Counted from the stretch's first letter, positions 10,316 to 21,695 are shown. The stretch: DNA of 64,000 nucleotides from Roseivirga sp. (GCF_034669765.1 NZ_JAXMOQ010000007.1:75595-139594), one strand, 5' to 3'. Numbers and translations are program-made. The notes: generated from the letters alone by a model not told the origin.

Positions 10316-11695
10316 GTGGTGAGAAAAAGGTTTAACAGATACTTTCCGTATTTATTTGTGTTAGGGGAAATGATTGTTTTAACAATCATTTTCTTTAGTT
10401 CAGTGTATGTAGCTGAGGGTCAGTTTGTTGTTAGTAAACCGTACCTCTTATTATTGACAATTTATTTGTCTACTTGGCCGATTATTTCATACCTGAATAA
10501 AGATTATAAAATTGGCAGAGCAGTAAGTTACTACACCACATTTAAAAAAGCCTTTTTTAGCGTATTCATTTTCATCTCTGTTATTTCAATTTTTTGGTTG
10601 TTTTCTGAATCTGAATCTTTGGAACGTCATTTTTTGACCACTTTAGTTCTGCTTCTCTTCCTTTGGTTAACCATTTATAGGGTTTCGGTTCATCTTGTGC
10701 TAGATAAGTACAGGGAATTTGGTGGTAATATCAGGTATGCCATTATACTAGGTTATGATGACCTAGGGACTAAGTTATTTGAGACGCTTAAAAAGAAAAG
10801 CCACTATGGAATAAGATGTCTTGGGTTTTATGGAGATCCTAATAGCAAGAATCAGGAGTATTCATATTTGGGAGACTTCAAAGATTTTCTGAAGGCAAAT
10901 CTTGACAATGTAGATCATATTTATGTGAGTGAGAGAGCTCCCAAATATGTATTAGAAAGGGCAATTGAGATTGGAGAGAGTAGTTTAAAAAGAGTAAAAC
11001 TCTTACCAGAATTCAAAACCGAAGCGATTAAGAACTTTGTGCTTCGAAGGTATGATGCGGTACCAGTAATTGACGTTAATAACTTACCACTAGATGCCAA
11101 GGTAAACACTTTTGTGAAACGTGCTTTCGATGTGGTATTTGCTTTTCTGATTTTTGTGTTTTTTCTAAGTTGGATGTACCCTGTATTTGGCTTGATTATA
11201 AAGTTAGAATCCAAAGGGCCAATTCTTTTTAAACAACTCCGGCATGGTAAAGGGAATACGCCATTTTACTGTTATAAATTCAGAACCATGGTGAAAAATA
11301 ATGAATCTGATTTCGTTTGGGCCAGTAAGAATGATCCAAGGATAACCAGGTTTGGTACTTTTTTACGGAAAACAAGCTTGGACGAGTTTCCGCAATTCTT
11401 CAATGTATTGATTGGTAACATGTCAATTGTGGGACCAAGGCCCCATCCACTTTCTCTCAACAAGGCTTATGAAAGTAAAATAGAAAAGTATGCTAAGCGA
11501 CATGCTTATAAGCCAGGAGTTACGGGCTTGGCGCAAGCCATGGGCTTTAGAGGCGAGATAACCGATTACTATCAAATGAATTCTAGGGTGAGACTGGACA
11601 GGTTTTACCTTCAGAATTGGTCTTTCGTATTAGACATTAAAATTATTTTTCTTACAATTTATGCTCTGATGAAGGGGCAAAAGCTGGCTTACTAG
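10316..11695 (+). CDS. wcaJ: Undecaprenyl-phosphate glucose phosphotransferase (priming glycosyltransferase)
   Basis: N-terminal TMs; KRAFDV, KFRTM, DPRITRFGTFLRKTSLDEFPQ, GPRP, KPGVTGLAQ motifs. Confidence 0.9.
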   Translation: MVRKRFNRYFPYLFVLGEMIVLTIIFFSSVYVAEGQFVVSKPYLLLLTIYLSTWPIISYLNKDYKIGRAVSYYTTFKKAFFSVFIFISVISIFWLFSESESLERHFLTTLVLLLFLWLTIYRVSVHLVLDKYREFGGNIRYAIILGYDDLGTKLFETLKKKSHYGIRCLGFYGDPNSKNQEYSYLGDFKDFLKANLDNVDHIYVSERAPKYVLERAIEIGESSLKRVKLLPEFKTEAIKNFVLRRYDAVPVIDVNNLPLDAKVNTFVKRAFDVVFAFLIFVFFLSWMYPVFGLIIKLESKGPILFKQLRHGKGNTPFYCYKFRTMVKNNESDFVWASKNDPRITRFGTFLRKTSLDEFPQFFNVLIGNMSIVGPRPHPLSLNKAYESKIEKYAKRHAYKPGVTGLAQAMGFRGEITDYYQMNSRVRLDRFYLQNWSFVLDIKIIFLTIYALMKGQKLAY

Positions 11696-11719
11696 TTTTG
11701 ATGTTGAGAGTTTTTTAGA

Positions 11720-13117
11720 TTATCTTTTTCTCAGCATAATTTCTTTCTGAAACTCTACCCTAAAACCAATATGTGGAGGAGCGTAATTGCTCCAGTTGTA
11801 TTCTGTACCAATTAATAAGTTATTTTTTTTGATATTAATACTAGTGTTTAGTGCAACGGAGCTAAGCTCTAAAGCGGTGTTTAGCGGTATATGCTTCCTT
11901 CCAAAATTTACGAACTGCCTAAATGAAAGAGTATATTTAAAATTTCGAATGTGGCCTTGAGAGTAAAAACTGAGGCCAGTTATTACATTATTTATCGTAT
12001 TGCTAAGCGTGTTTTCTGGGTTGATAATGAGGAAAATAGGACTCCCAATGAGCTGGCTATTATAGGTCCATCCATTTCGATAAACACTGTTATTTAAAAA
12101 ATTATCAGGGCCTGCGCCAAGCCCACTAAGTGAGCCTCCTTGATTAGAGGTATTAACTATCTCAACTCCTAGTTTATTTAAAGAACCCAATTCATCTATC
12201 TGGTTTATAGAAAACCCATATACCCCAGCATTCCAATTCTTTGGTTTCAACCCAGAACCATCTTCCCATAACCATTGAATATAGCTTTCTATAGTCCAAT
12301 TTTCACTAATGTTAATTTTTAACAGCAGATCCCATGTGCCAAGGTGGTTGCCAAGGGCATTGATCTTATCTGTGTCAAGAGCATTCCGGCCCCCCTTGCT
12401 CGCAAGTAAAATCCGCATGAAATTGGAAAACCCTGTAGGCTGTCTTAGGTTATTCTCACGGTTTTGACCTCCCCACTGCGCATTATGGGTTATTCCAAAA
12501 TTAAACTGAATGGGCAGGCTTTCTGTATTAAATTTGAAATGAAGATATTTTTCATGAAGAAGAGCACCACTTTGATACCTGTCAGCTTCAAGCCATCCAT
12601 GGGCAATATATCCTTTTACACTAAGAAAGGAACTGATGAGTGGAAACCAATCACGAGTTTGTAAGGATAACTTGGGGATTGGGCGTGAATTATTTCCATT
12701 CACGAGATTTCCAAAACCGAGTGCTGGGTTGTAACCGAAAAACTCTTCTTTTTGGCCGACAGTAAAAATAAAGCTTGAGTAACTTAGCCCAATATAATTT
12801 TGAATTAAGTTTCCATATTCTTTGTCAGAGGCAATCCCTGACCACTCAATCCCATAGAAATAGTTGAGGTTATTTGTTCTACCTATGTCTTTATTAAGAA
12901 AGAGATTACTATAGACAAAATTTGCCTCCCCATTTTTAAAACGCTGACTATTATTTCCTCGCATCCAGAACGGTACTGAACCATTTGTTGACGAGATTAA
13001 TCCCTGTTTTACTACAAGGGTATGTGATTTTTGAATTGAGTCATTCGAATATTGGAATCCGTATAAAAATGGCCCATAGAACAGGGCAAATAGGATTAAG
13101 ATTATTTTTGTGAGCAT
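11720..13117 (-). CDS. Capsule assembly Wzi family protein (paralog 3)
   Basis: PFWMRGN, NSRPIP, LHEK, AQWGG, NALGNHLG, LWEDGSG, NNSVYRNGWTY...IGSP motifs. Confidence 0.8.
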   Translation of the reverse strand: MLTKIILILFALFYGPFLYGFQYSNDSIQKSHTLVVKQGLISSTNGSVPFWMRGNNSQRFKNGEANFVYSNLFLNKDIGRTNNLNYFYGIEWSGIASDKEYGNLIQNYIGLSYSSFIFTVGQKEEFFGYNPALGFGNLVNGNNSRPIPKLSLQTRDWFPLISSFLSVKGYIAHGWLEADRYQSGALLHEKYLHFKFNTESLPIQFNFGITHNAQWGGQNRENNLRQPTGFSNFMRILLASKGGRNALDTDKINALGNHLGTWDLLLKINISENWTIESYIQWLWEDGSGLKPKNWNAGVYGFSINQIDELGSLNKLGVEIVNTSNQGGSLSGLGAGPDNFLNNSVYRNGWTYNSQLIGSPIFLIINPENTLSNTINNVITGLSFYSQGHIRNFKYTLSFRQFVNFGRKHIPLNTALELSSVALNTSINIKKNNLLIGTEYNWSNYAPPHIGFRVEFQKEIMLRKR

Positions 13118-13155
13118 GTAATTGAGACACTAAATAACAAGCCTTAGTTGTAGGC

Positions 13156-14139
13156 TTATTTTATATAGTGGTCAAAATTCTTGTGATCTTTATCGAAAAG
13201 CTTCTCTTCTGAAAATGACTTGAAATAATCGTATGTTATTCTTAGTCCCTCAGCACGCGATATTTTAGGCTCCCATCCTAGTATGTCTCTGGCTTTGTCA
13301 ATGTTAGGTTGTCGCTGCATTGGATCATCTTTTGGTAATGGCTTATAAATCACCTTTTGCTGAGTTCCTGTTAATTTGATGATTTCTTCAGCAAATTGAG
13401 AAATAGTAATTTCATCAGGGTTGCCAATATTTACGGGGTGTGCGTAGTCTGATAATAAAAGTCTATAAATTCCTTCTACCAAGTCATCAACATAACAGAA
13501 AGACCTTGTTTGAGAGCCATCTCCAAAGATTGTCAAATCTTCACCGCGTAAAGCTTGGCCAATAAAGGCTGGTAATACACGGCCATCATTCAGGCGCATA
13601 CGTGGCCCATAGGTGTTGAATATTCTTACGATTCGAGTTTCTAACTTGTGATAGGTGTGGTATGCCATGGTTATTGCTTCCTGAAACCTTTTAGCTTCAT
13701 CATAAACACCTCTTGGGCCAACTGGGTTTACGTTACCATAGTATTCTTCAGTTTGGGGGTGAACCATCGGGTCACCATATACTTCTGAAGTTGAAGCAAT
13801 TAGCATTCTAGCACCCTTATTTAGCGCTAATCCTAAAAGGTTATGAGTGCCCAAAGAGCCAACTTTCAAAGTTTGAATCGGAATCTTTAGGTAGTCAATT
13901 GGGCTTGCAGGAGAGGCAAAGTGAAGTATATAGTCGAGTTTACCTGCTACATGAACAAATTTTGAAACATCATGGTGATGAAACTCAAATTGCTCTAGGG
14001 GCATAAGGTGCTCAATATTTGATAAGTGACCAGTAATAAGGTTATCCATACCAATTACGTGATATCCTTCTTTTATAAAACGATCACATAAATGAGAACC
14101 AAGAAACCCTGCCGCGCCTGTAATTAAAACTCTTTTCAT
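13156..14139 (-). CDS. uxs: UDP-glucuronate decarboxylase family SDR
   Basis: [39 protein letters not shown] motifs. Confidence 0.9.
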   Translation of the reverse strand: MKRVLITGAAGFLGSHLCDRFIKEGYHVIGMDNLITGHLSNIEHLMPLEQFEFHHHDVSKFVHVAGKLDYILHFASPASPIDYLKIPIQTLKVGSLGTHNLLGLALNKGARMLIASTSEVYGDPMVHPQTEEYYGNVNPVGPRGVYDEAKRFQEAITMAYHTYHKLETRIVRIFNTYGPRMRLNDGRVLPAFIGQALRGEDLTIFGDGSQTRSFCYVDDLVEGIYRLLLSDYAHPVNIGNPDEITISQFAEEIIKLTGTQQKVIYKPLPKDDPMQRQPNIDKARDILGWEPKISRAEGLRITYDYFKSFSEEKLFDKDHKNFDHYIK

Positions 14140-14141
14140 AA

Positions 14142-15455
14142 TTATATACCTATGCCGTAGTAATCGAAACCAAGACTTTTAACCTCTTCCTTGTCGTAAA
14201 TATTTCTTCCATCAAAAATCACTTTTGATTTCATCAATCTTGCCACAACATCAAAGTTTGGAACTCTGAACTCTGGCCATTCTGTAACCAAAAGCAAGGC
14301 GTCTACATCGATAAGTGTGTCATATTCATCCTTTGCGTAGGTGACAGTGTCTTTCAGGTCGTGTTTAGCTTCTGCCATTGCAATTGGGTCATAAACTTTT
14401 ATTTTGGCTCCCATCTCCAATAATGCATTGATGATTACAATAGAAGGGGCTTCCCTCATATCATCGGTTTTAGGTTTAAAAGAAAGACCCCATACCGCAA
14501 ATGTTTTACCAGCTAAGTCACTTCCAAAGTGGGACTTAACCTTCGTGACCATTACAGATTTCTGACGTTCATTTACCTCTTCTACGGCCTTTAAAACGGA
14601 CATGGTATATCCATTATCTTCTGCTGTTTTAATTAAGGCTTTTACATCCTTAGGGAAGCAAGATCCTCCATAACCTACTCCTGGGTAAATAAACTTATTT
14701 CCAATCCGATTATCGCTGCCTATACCTTTGCGCACCATGTTTACATCGGCACCCATGATCTCGCAGAGGTTAGCAATGTCGTTCATGAAGCTAATTTTAG
14801 TGGCAAGCATCGAGTTTGCGGCATATTTAGTCATTTCAGCAGATGGCACGTCCATGAAAATGGTAGGGTGTCCGTTAAGAAGAAAAGGCTTATAAAGCTT
14901 TTTCATCATTTCTTCGGCTTTTTCTGATTCTACACCCACAACGATTCGATCGGGCTTTAAGAAATCTGCAATCGCAGCACCTTCCTTTAAGAACTCGGGG
15001 TTGGAAGCAACATCAAATGGAATGTCTACTCCTCTTCTTTTTAAAGCCTCTGCTACTTCTTTTTTTACTTTTTGAGCTGTCCCTACTGGTACGGTACTTT
15101 TGGTGACCACTACCATGTAGTTATTCATATTTTCACCAATGGATCTGGCTACGGCCAAAACATATTTTAAGTCCGCACTTCCATCTTCACCTGGAGGAGT
15201 TCCTACGGCAATAAAAGCAGTTTCACAACCTTGAATGCTCTCTGCTAAATTTGTAGAGAAATGTAAACGGCCTTTGTCATAGTTCTTTTTCACCATGGTT
15301 TCCAAACCAGGCTCATATATGGGCATTACGCCCTCTTTAAGACCGTCAATTTTCTTTTGATCAATATCAATACAAGCTACGTCAATACCTACTTCGGCAA
15401 AACATGTTCCTGTTACTAAACCTACATAACCAGTTCCTACTACTGCTATTTTCAT
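14142..15455 (-). CDS. ugd: UDP-glucose 6-dehydrogenase
   Basis: [33 protein letters not shown] motifs. Confidence 0.95.
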   Translation of the reverse strand: MKIAVVGTGYVGLVTGTCFAEVGIDVACIDIDQKKIDGLKEGVMPIYEPGLETMVKKNYDKGRLHFSTNLAESIQGCETAFIAVGTPPGEDGSADLKYVLAVARSIGENMNNYMVVVTKSTVPVGTAQKVKKEVAEALKRRGVDIPFDVASNPEFLKEGAAIADFLKPDRIVVGVESEKAEEMMKKLYKPFLLNGHPTIFMDVPSAEMTKYAANSMLATKISFMNDIANLCEIMGADVNMVRKGIGSDNRIGNKFIYPGVGYGGSCFPKDVKALIKTAEDNGYTMSVLKAVEEVNERQKSVMVTKVKSHFGSDLAGKTFAVWGLSFKPKTDDMREAPSIVIINALLEMGAKIKVYDPIAMAEAKHDLKDTVTYAKDEYDTLIDVDALLLVTEWPEFRVPNFDVVARLMKSKVIFDGRNIYDKEEVKSLGFDYYGIGI

Positions 15456-15561
15456 TACTTATTTTTTTTTGACAAAGGTTTGATAAATAAGGGTCCTATT
15501 AATTGAAATTAGTTGAATGCACCGATTTCTCAGATGGGCGTTAACTTATATTAGATAAGTA

Positions 15562-16581
15562 TCAAATATCTTTAGTTAATGTCTTTTGCCAATTCCAAGA
15601 GTCTTTTAGTGAATCCTTCAATGACTTTTCGGTTTGCCAACCTAAAGTCTCAGTCGATTTGGTAACATCAGCATAGATTTTTTCTATATCTCCATTTCTT
15701 CTTTCACCCACTTTGTAGTTTAACTTAACTCCAGAGACTTCTTCGAATGTATTCACCATTTCCAAAACGGTATTGCCTCTTCCTGTTCCAATATTGAAGA
15801 TATCGAAAGACAATTTTGAATGGAGTGTTAAATACGCTAAGCTTTTAACATGGGCTTTGGCCAAATCCACAACATGAATATAATCTCTCACGCAAGAGCC
15901 GTCTTCAGTATCATAATTATCCCCAAACACGGTAAGTTGTTCTCTCCAGCCTGCCGCAGTTTGAGTGATAAAAGGGACCAAATTATTTGGGATACCTAAA
16001 GGTAATTCTCCAATCTCGGAGGATGGATGTGCTCCCACAGGATTAAAGTAACGCAAGGCAATGGCTCGAAATGACTTATCAGAAATTGATGTGTCTTCAA
16101 TGATTTCTTCACAGACCTGTTTTGTGTTCCCGTATGGGGATTCTGCTGTTTTCTTAGGACTTTGTTCTGTTACAGGGAGTTGGTCAGGTTGGCCATAAAC
16201 CGTGCACGATGAAGAGAAAATTAATTTTTCAACTTCTTCTTCCTTCATCAAACGAATAAGGGTCATTAGTGAGCCTACATTGTTTTCGTAATAGTCTAAA
16301 GGCTTTGCAACTGATTCTCCAACTGCTTTATATGCAGCGAAGTGTATTACGCCTGAAATCTCATGTGCTTTAAAAACTTGTCTAAAAGCTTCTTTGTTAT
16401 TGCAGTCAATTTGATAAAAAGTAAAGTCTTTACCCGTAATGTTCTTTAGTCCATTTAAAACTGACTTTCTAGAATTAGATAAATTATCGACTATAATAGG
16501 GTTATAACCCGCATTATGGAGCTCAACCACTGTATGTGAACCTATATAACCAGCACCACCTGTAACAAGGATATTCTGCAT
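15562..16581 (-). CDS. galE: UDP-glucose 4-epimerase
   Basis: GGAGYIGSH, HFAAYKAVGES, YGNTK, LRYFNP, RDYIHV motifs. Confidence 0.95.
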   Translation of the reverse strand: MQNILVTGGAGYIGSHTVVELHNAGYNPIIVDNLSNSRKSVLNGLKNITGKDFTFYQIDCNNKEAFRQVFKAHEISGVIHFAAYKAVGESVAKPLDYYENNVGSLMTLIRLMKEEEVEKLIFSSSCTVYGQPDQLPVTEQSPKKTAESPYGNTKQVCEEIIEDTSISDKSFRAIALRYFNPVGAHPSSEIGELPLGIPNNLVPFITQTAAGWREQLTVFGDNYDTEDGSCVRDYIHVVDLAKAHVKSLAYLTLHSKLSFDIFNIGTGRGNTVLEMVNTFEEVSGVKLNYKVGERRNGDIEKIYADVTKSTETLGWQTEKSLKDSLKDSWNWQKTLTKDI

Positions 16582-16586
16582 AAATA

Positions 16587-16594
16587 CAAATTTA
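16587..16594 (-). promoter_or_regulatory. Bacteroidota -7 promoter element (TAAATTTG) for galE
   Basis: Matches TAnnTTTG, 5 nt upstream of the start codon. Confidence 0.5.
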
Positions 16595-16626
16595 GAAGCT
16601 TAGAGGGATTAATTAATATCAAACCC

Positions 16627-16634
16627 TATTTTTG
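16627..16634 (+). promoter_or_regulatory. Bacteroidota -7 promoter element (TATTTTTG) for pheS
   Basis: Matches TAnnTTTG, 20 nt upstream of the ATG. Confidence 0.45.
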
Positions 16635-16654
16635 TATCGAAATACTAATGCAAT

Positions 16655-17674
16655 ATGTCGAATTCGATCGAAGAAATTAAGAAAGAAGTAGAAGCCTTTG
16701 TGGTAAGTTCTGATACTGAGCTTGAAGCTTTTAGGATGAGGTTCATAAGCCGTAAAAGTGTTATTGGAGAACTCTTTGGTAATATGAAGACTGTGCCTGC
16801 TGAAGAAAGGAAAGCTTATGGTCAGGATGTTAATGCATTAAAGAACTTGGCTGAAGATCGTTTTCAATTCCATATTGATAACCTAAAGTCAGGGTCAAAG
16901 AAGACTGAAGATCACGCAGATCTTACTTTGCCGCCTATTGAAAGTCAATTTGGAACAATTCATCCTTTAACGGCTACGCGCCAAAGGTTCATTGAAATAT
17001 TTGAGAGAATTGGGTTTAATGTTTCTTCGGGACCAGAAATTGAAGATGATTGGCATAATTTCACTGCGTTAAACTTCCCTGAAAATCACCCAGCGAGAGA
17101 AATGCAGGATACTTTCTTTTTAGAGAAGAACCCTGACATTGCCTTGAGAACTCATACTTCATCCGTTCAGATCAGGGTGATGGAAAATGAAAAACCTCCA
17201 ATCAGAACACTTTCTCCAGGAAGGGTTTTTAGAAACGAGGCAATTTCAGCTAGAGCGCATTGTGTATTCCATCAAATGGAAGGCTTATACATTGACAAAG
17301 GTGTTTCGTTTGCCGATTTAAAGCAAACGCTTTATCATTTCGCTAAGGAGATGTATACTAAGGAGACTCAGGTGCGCTTCAGGCCATCATACTTCCCTTT
17401 CACAGAGCCTAGTGCCGAAATTGACATCTCTTGTCAGATATGCCATGGCGAGGGTTGTAACATTTGCAAATACAGTGGTTGGGTAGAAATTGGTGGCGCT
17501 GGAATGGTAGATCCAAACGTATTAGAAAGCTGCGGAATAGATCCTTCTGTATATTCAGGATTTGCCTTTGGAATGGGTATCGAACGTATTACCATGCTTC
17601 GGTATGGTATTAAGGATTTACGCTTGTTTACAGAAAATGACATTCGCTTTTTAAAGCAATTCAATTCGCTATGA
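16655..17674 (+). CDS. pheS: Phenylalanine-tRNA ligase alpha subunit
   Basis: HPAREMQDTF, LRTHTS, FHQMEG, FRPSYFPFTEPS, GFAFGMGIER motifs. Confidence 0.98.
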   Translation: MSNSIEEIKKEVEAFVVSSDTELEAFRMRFISRKSVIGELFGNMKTVPAEERKAYGQDVNALKNLAEDRFQFHIDNLKSGSKKTEDHADLTLPPIESQFGTIHPLTATRQRFIEIFERIGFNVSSGPEIEDDWHNFTALNFPENHPAREMQDTFFLEKNPDIALRTHTSSVQIRVMENEKPPIRTLSPGRVFRNEAISARAHCVFHQMEGLYIDKGVSFADLKQTLYHFAKEMYTKETQVRFRPSYFPFTEPSAEIDISCQICHGEGCNICKYSGWVEIGGAGMVDPNVLESCGIDPSVYSGFAFGMGIERITMLRYGIKDLRLFTENDIRFLKQFNSL

Positions 17675-18534
17675 TGAAATTACAAGACATTAAGAAAGTT
17701 GGAGTAGTAGGTGCTGGAACTATGGGGCAAGGAATTGCTCAGATTTCTGCTTTAGCGGATTATAGCGTTGTATTGTACGACCTTCAAACTGCAGCTCTGG
17801 ATAAGGCCAAACTGAATATTGAAAAGAACCTCGAGAAGGGGATTGAGCGTGGTAAGGTTACCCTTCAAGAAAAGGATCAAGCACTTTCCAATATCACTTT
17901 TAGCACCGATTTTGAACAGCTTAAGGCAGACATCATTATTGAGGCAATAGTAGAAAGGCTTGATGTAAAAAAAGAGCTATTTGAGAAATTGGAAAACCTG
18001 AATTCTGAGAAGACCATTTTGGCTTCAAATACTTCATCAATTCCAATTACAAGAATTGCCAGAGATTTGAAGCATCCAGAACGCTTTGTAGGAATGCACT
18101 TTTTCAACCCTGCCCATATCATGAAATTGGTAGAAGTGATTTCTGGTGTTGCTACTTCAGATGAAACTTCTAAAGTTGTTTTTGACTTGGCGAAAGCATT
18201 AGGAAAAGTGCCAGTTATGGCAAAAGATGCTCCTGGCTTTATTGTTAACAGAGTGGCGCGTAATTTCTATGTTGAAGGATTAAAAGTGCTAGAAGAAGGC
18301 GTTTCCGATGTCAAAGGAATCGATCGACTTGTAGAAGCTTCTGGTTTTAAAATGGGGCCATTTAGGTTGATGGATTTAATTGGTGTCGACACTAATTTCT
18401 CAGTCACCACATCAATGTTCAACGCATTTCATCAAGACTCGAAATTCAGACCTTCACGCATTCAAGAGCAAAAGGTAGATGCGGGTCATAATGGTCGTAA
18501 ATCTGGAAAAGGCTTTTACGATTACTCGGCTTAG
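17671..18534 (+). CDS. 3-hydroxybutyryl-CoA dehydrogenase
   Basis: GAGTMGQGIA, SNTSS, GMHFFNPA, PGFIVNR, KSGKGFY motifs. Confidence 0.9.
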   Translation: MMKLQDIKKVGVVGAGTMGQGIAQISALADYSVVLYDLQTAALDKAKLNIEKNLEKGIERGKVTLQEKDQALSNITFSTDFEQLKADIIIEAIVERLDVKKELFEKLENLNSEKTILASNTSSIPITRIARDLKHPERFVGMHFFNPAHIMKLVEVISGVATSDETSKVVFDLAKALGKVPVMAKDAPGFIVNRVARNFYVEGLKVLEEGVSDVKGIDRLVEASGFKMGPFRLMDLIGVDTNFSVTTSMFNAFHQDSKFRPSRIQEQKVDAGHNGRKSGKGFYDYSA

Positions 18535-19496
18535 AGCAATTCTTCAATCAATTTGTCGATGGTAATACCTTCGGCTTCTGCCTTAAAGTTTCTCACGATT
18601 CTATGACGTAGAATTGGTTTCGAAACCGCTTTTACATCTTCAATATCAGGTGAATATTTGTTATTGAGTAGGGCATTGCATTTGGCAGCAATAATCAAAT
18701 TCTGGGAGGCTCTTGGGCCCGCTCCCCATTCCACATACTCTTTTGTAATGGCAGGAGCTCTTTCTGATTCAACCCTAGTTTTGTGCACGAGATTAACTGC
18801 GTATTCAATTACATTATCTGCAACAGGTACTCTACGTACCAAGTGTTGGTAAGCCAGTACTTCTTCTGCACCGAGTATTTTATTGACTACTTTTTGCTCA
18901 TCAGTAGTTGTACCTTTTACAATGTCTACTTCTGAAGCAAATGATGGGTATGACAATTGAATATTGAACAAGAAACGATCTAGCTGAGCTTCTGGCAGAG
19001 GATAGGTTCCTTCCTGTTCAATTGGGTTTTGCGTAGCCAATACAAAGAATGGTTTCTGTAACGGGATTGTCTGTCCAGCAACTGTTACAGCATACTCTTG
19101 CATGGCCTCTAACAAAGCAGCCTGTGTTTTAGGTGGTGTTCTGTTAATCTCATCTGCCAAAATGATATTGGCAAAGATTGGGCCTTGAATAAATTTGAAA
19201 TTTCTGTCCTTATCTAACGTTTCAGCCCCTAGAATGTCTGAAGGCATTAAATCTGGAGTAAACTGAATCCTATTGAATTTCAGATCCAGGGCCGAAGAAA
19301 TTGTGCTAATCAATAAAGTTTTGGCCAAGCCGGGTACTCCGACCAAGAGGCTGTGACCCTGACAAAAAATTGAAGTCAAAAGTAGATTAACCACTTCATC
19401 TTGACCAATTATTATTTTTGAGATTTCCTTTTTAAGAATATTGAAATCCTCAAAAAACTTATTTGCAAGGGCTACTTCCGACTTTATTTCTTCCAT
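18531..19496 (-). CDS. moxR: MoxR family AAA+ ATPase
   Basis: GVPGLAKT, RIQFTPDLMPSD, DEINR, ATQNPIEQEGTYPLPEAQLDRF motifs. Confidence 0.95.
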   Translation of the reverse strand: MEEIKSEVALANKFFEDFNILKKEISKIIIGQDEVVNLLLTSIFCQGHSLLVGVPGLAKTLLISTISSALDLKFNRIQFTPDLMPSDILGAETLDKDRNFKFIQGPIFANIILADEINRTPPKTQAALLEAMQEYAVTVAGQTIPLQKPFFVLATQNPIEQEGTYPLPEAQLDRFLFNIQLSYPSFASEVDIVKGTTTDEQKVVNKILGAEEVLAYQHLVRRVPVADNVIEYAVNLVHKTRVESERAPAITKEYVEWGAGPRASQNLIIAAKCNALLNNKYSPDIEDVKAVSKPILRHRIVRNFKAEAEGITIDKLIEELL

Positions 19497-19501
19497 TCTT
19501 A

Positions 19502-20845
19502 TTAATTATTCGTTATTCCACAACGATTGAATTCTGGGTCAACCATCACATAAACTTCTTTCATTTTTTCTTTAATATACTCAGTTCTTTTTTGAGCTTT
19601 TTTCATTCCTAAAGTGGCTGCTTTTAATTTTTCATAATCATCCGTCATATTGGCCCTATGAGGCCCTACTTTGGACTTGAAATATATGATTTGAACCGCC
19701 TTTGAACCATCCGGCATGTCAATGATTTCAGGCTTGGAGATATCTCCTTCTTTCATTTCATCAATGATAAAAAACATGGTCGGATCTAGCGCGTCTGATG
19801 GGATTCTGTTTGTTCCAAACTGACCGCTCAAAAAGCCACCATTTACCTTTGTACCCTCATCATCGGAATATTGTTTCGCAGTAGCGGCAAAAGTTATACT
19901 GTCGGATAAAATAAGGGTTCTAAGGCTGTCCAAAAGATTGGAAGTTTTTTGAACGTCTTGCTCTGTTGGCTTAGGGGTAATAAGGATGTGGCGTGAATTG
20001 AATTCGTTTCCTCGTTTTTCTATCAACTGAATGAGGTGTATTCCGAATGACGAAACTATTGGCATTGAGATTTCTCCAGGTTTTAATGCTAAGGCACCAG
20101 CCTCATAAGCAGGGTCAAATTGCCCTCTTTTTGCCATGCCTAAATTGCCTCCGTTTGGGCCAGTTGGGCCTTGAGAATTTTCAATGGCCAATACCTCGAA
20201 ATTCTCGCCTTTCATGGCCCTTTCTCTAATTTTCATCAACTGATCTTTTGCCTTCTGTACTTCAGCTTCGTTTGGCTCAGGCTTTTTAATGATGATCCCT
20301 ATTTCAAATTCAGTATTGAAAAGCGGTAAGCTGTCTTTAGGAATATTATTGAAAAACTTACGGATTTCAGCGGGAGTTACGGTTACCGTATTCAAGATGT
20401 TTTCTTCTTGTGCCCCTATTTTCAACTGCTCTTCAATATTCGGTCTTAACTCTTCCATCAATTGATCGACAGATTTTCCATAGGCCTCTTGAATAGCACG
20501 TTCTGACCCCACTTGTGCAATAATATTCTGCATTCTCATTTGGAGTTCATAATCCACTCTTCCTGCATCGACATCCACCGAATCTAATTCAGACATGGCC
20601 AACATAAGTTTGGTTTCGATGATCTGTTCTAAAATATAGCATCGGGCATCACCTGTAAAATTTGCCGCTTCACCGCTGGATAAAAAGCCAGCATAGGCTT
20701 GTTCAATTTCACTTTTGAGAATAATGTGATTGTCCACTTTGGCCACAATTTTATCTACCACTTCTTGCCCAAAAGCTAAGTTGAGTGAAAGCACCGTAAA
20801 CAGTATTGCCGTCAATCCCTTATTTATAAATCTCGTAGTCCTCAT
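19502..20845 (-). CDS. surA: SurA-like parvulin peptidyl-prolyl isomerase/chaperone
   Basis: DKIVAKV N-domain; two parvulin domains (GGNLG, FGIHLI, HILI); start 20845 preferred to 20890. Confidence 0.8.
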   Translation of the reverse strand: MRTTRFINKGLTAILFTVLSLNLAFGQEVVDKIVAKVDNHIILKSEIEQAYAGFLSSGEAANFTGDARCYILEQIIETKLMLAMSELDSVDVDAGRVDYELQMRMQNIIAQVGSERAIQEAYGKSVDQLMEELRPNIEEQLKIGAQEENILNTVTVTPAEIRKFFNNIPKDSLPLFNTEFEIGIIIKKPEPNEAEVQKAKDQLMKIRERAMKGENFEVLAIENSQGPTGPNGGNLGMAKRGQFDPAYEAGALALKPGEISMPIVSSFGIHLIQLIEKRGNEFNSRHILITPKPTEQDVQKTSNLLDSLRTLILSDSITFAATAKQYSDDEGTKVNGGFLSGQFGTNRIPSDALDPTMFFIIDEMKEGDISKPEIIDMPDGSKAVQIIYFKSKVGPHRANMTDDYEKLKAATLGMKKAQKRTEYIKEKMKEVYVMVDPEFNRCGITNN

Positions 20846-21695
20846 TTCTTTTTGCTCTTTCATAAACTTTATTCTCCAGACTCTTGGCAATCTCTACCTT
20901 ACGCTTGTTAATTATAATGTTTTTAATGTCTTCCTTAACATACTCCAATGGAGAAACCTGCTCAGACAGCTTAAATTCATGAATTCTGAAAAGGTAAAGA
21001 TAGAGAGAATCTGATTCTTCAACATATCGGTTTCTACTTAGAAACTGAATCTTATTTTCAATAGTAGAAAAAGGTGAATTTTTGATGAGATCATCAAAAT
21101 TAATCCAAGTAGAATCTTGCAGAGAGAAGTCGCTTGCAAATTGAAATCCATAAGACTTGAGTGATTCTAAGTCATCTGGTCGATCAGACTTCATCCACCT
21201 TCTTACGTCTGCCTTTTTTTGTGCGGCTTGCAAAATTTTCAAATATCGGCCTCTTAAAATATTCTGTCTAAGTTGAAAATTTTCAATATTGTCACTGTAA
21301 TACTGCCTTATTTCTTCTTCGCTTACTTCTCGACTGAGCTGTTGTTCCACCATTAATTTCTGGTATTCATAAGAAATAAGTGTGTAGCGATAGGCCTCAA
21401 CTTTTCTTTGAATCTCTGTTTGATCAATGTTGCTATTGCTTGAAGCTTCTCGAACAAACAGTTCTTTCTTAATCCAAGTATCAATAAAACGTTCTGTGAT
21501 TCTAGCACTGTCTTCTGAAGACATACTTGCATCGGTTAAATCACTAATGTCGGTTTTGTATAAAAAGGTATTACCCACCCTAGCCACAAGGTTTTCGGTA
21601 TTATCTACATTGTTATCAGATTCCATACCAAGAAACTCGCAAGAGCTAGCCGCAAGTAAAGTGATGAGCAATATGTAGTATTTACCTTTTTTCAT
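20820..21695 (-). CDS. PPIase-associated lipoprotein (PpiC/Rotamase_2-like)
   Basis: Lipobox AASSC; VARVG..FLY, FID.WIK.EL; lies between two PPIase genes. Confidence 0.7.
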   Translation of the reverse strand: MKKGKYYILLITLLAASSCEFLGMESDNNVDNTENLVARVGNTFLYKTDISDLTDASMSSEDSARITERFIDTWIKKELFVREASSNSNIDQTEIQRKVEAYRYTLISYEYQKLMVEQQLSREVSEEEIRQYYSDNIENFQLRQNILRGRYLKILQAAQKKADVRRWMKSDRPDDLESLKSYGFQFASDFSLQDSTWINFDDLIKNSPFSTIENKIQFLSRNRYVEESDSLYLYLFRIHEFKLSEQVSPLEYVKEDIKNIIINKRKVEIAKSLENKVYERAKRNEDYEIYK

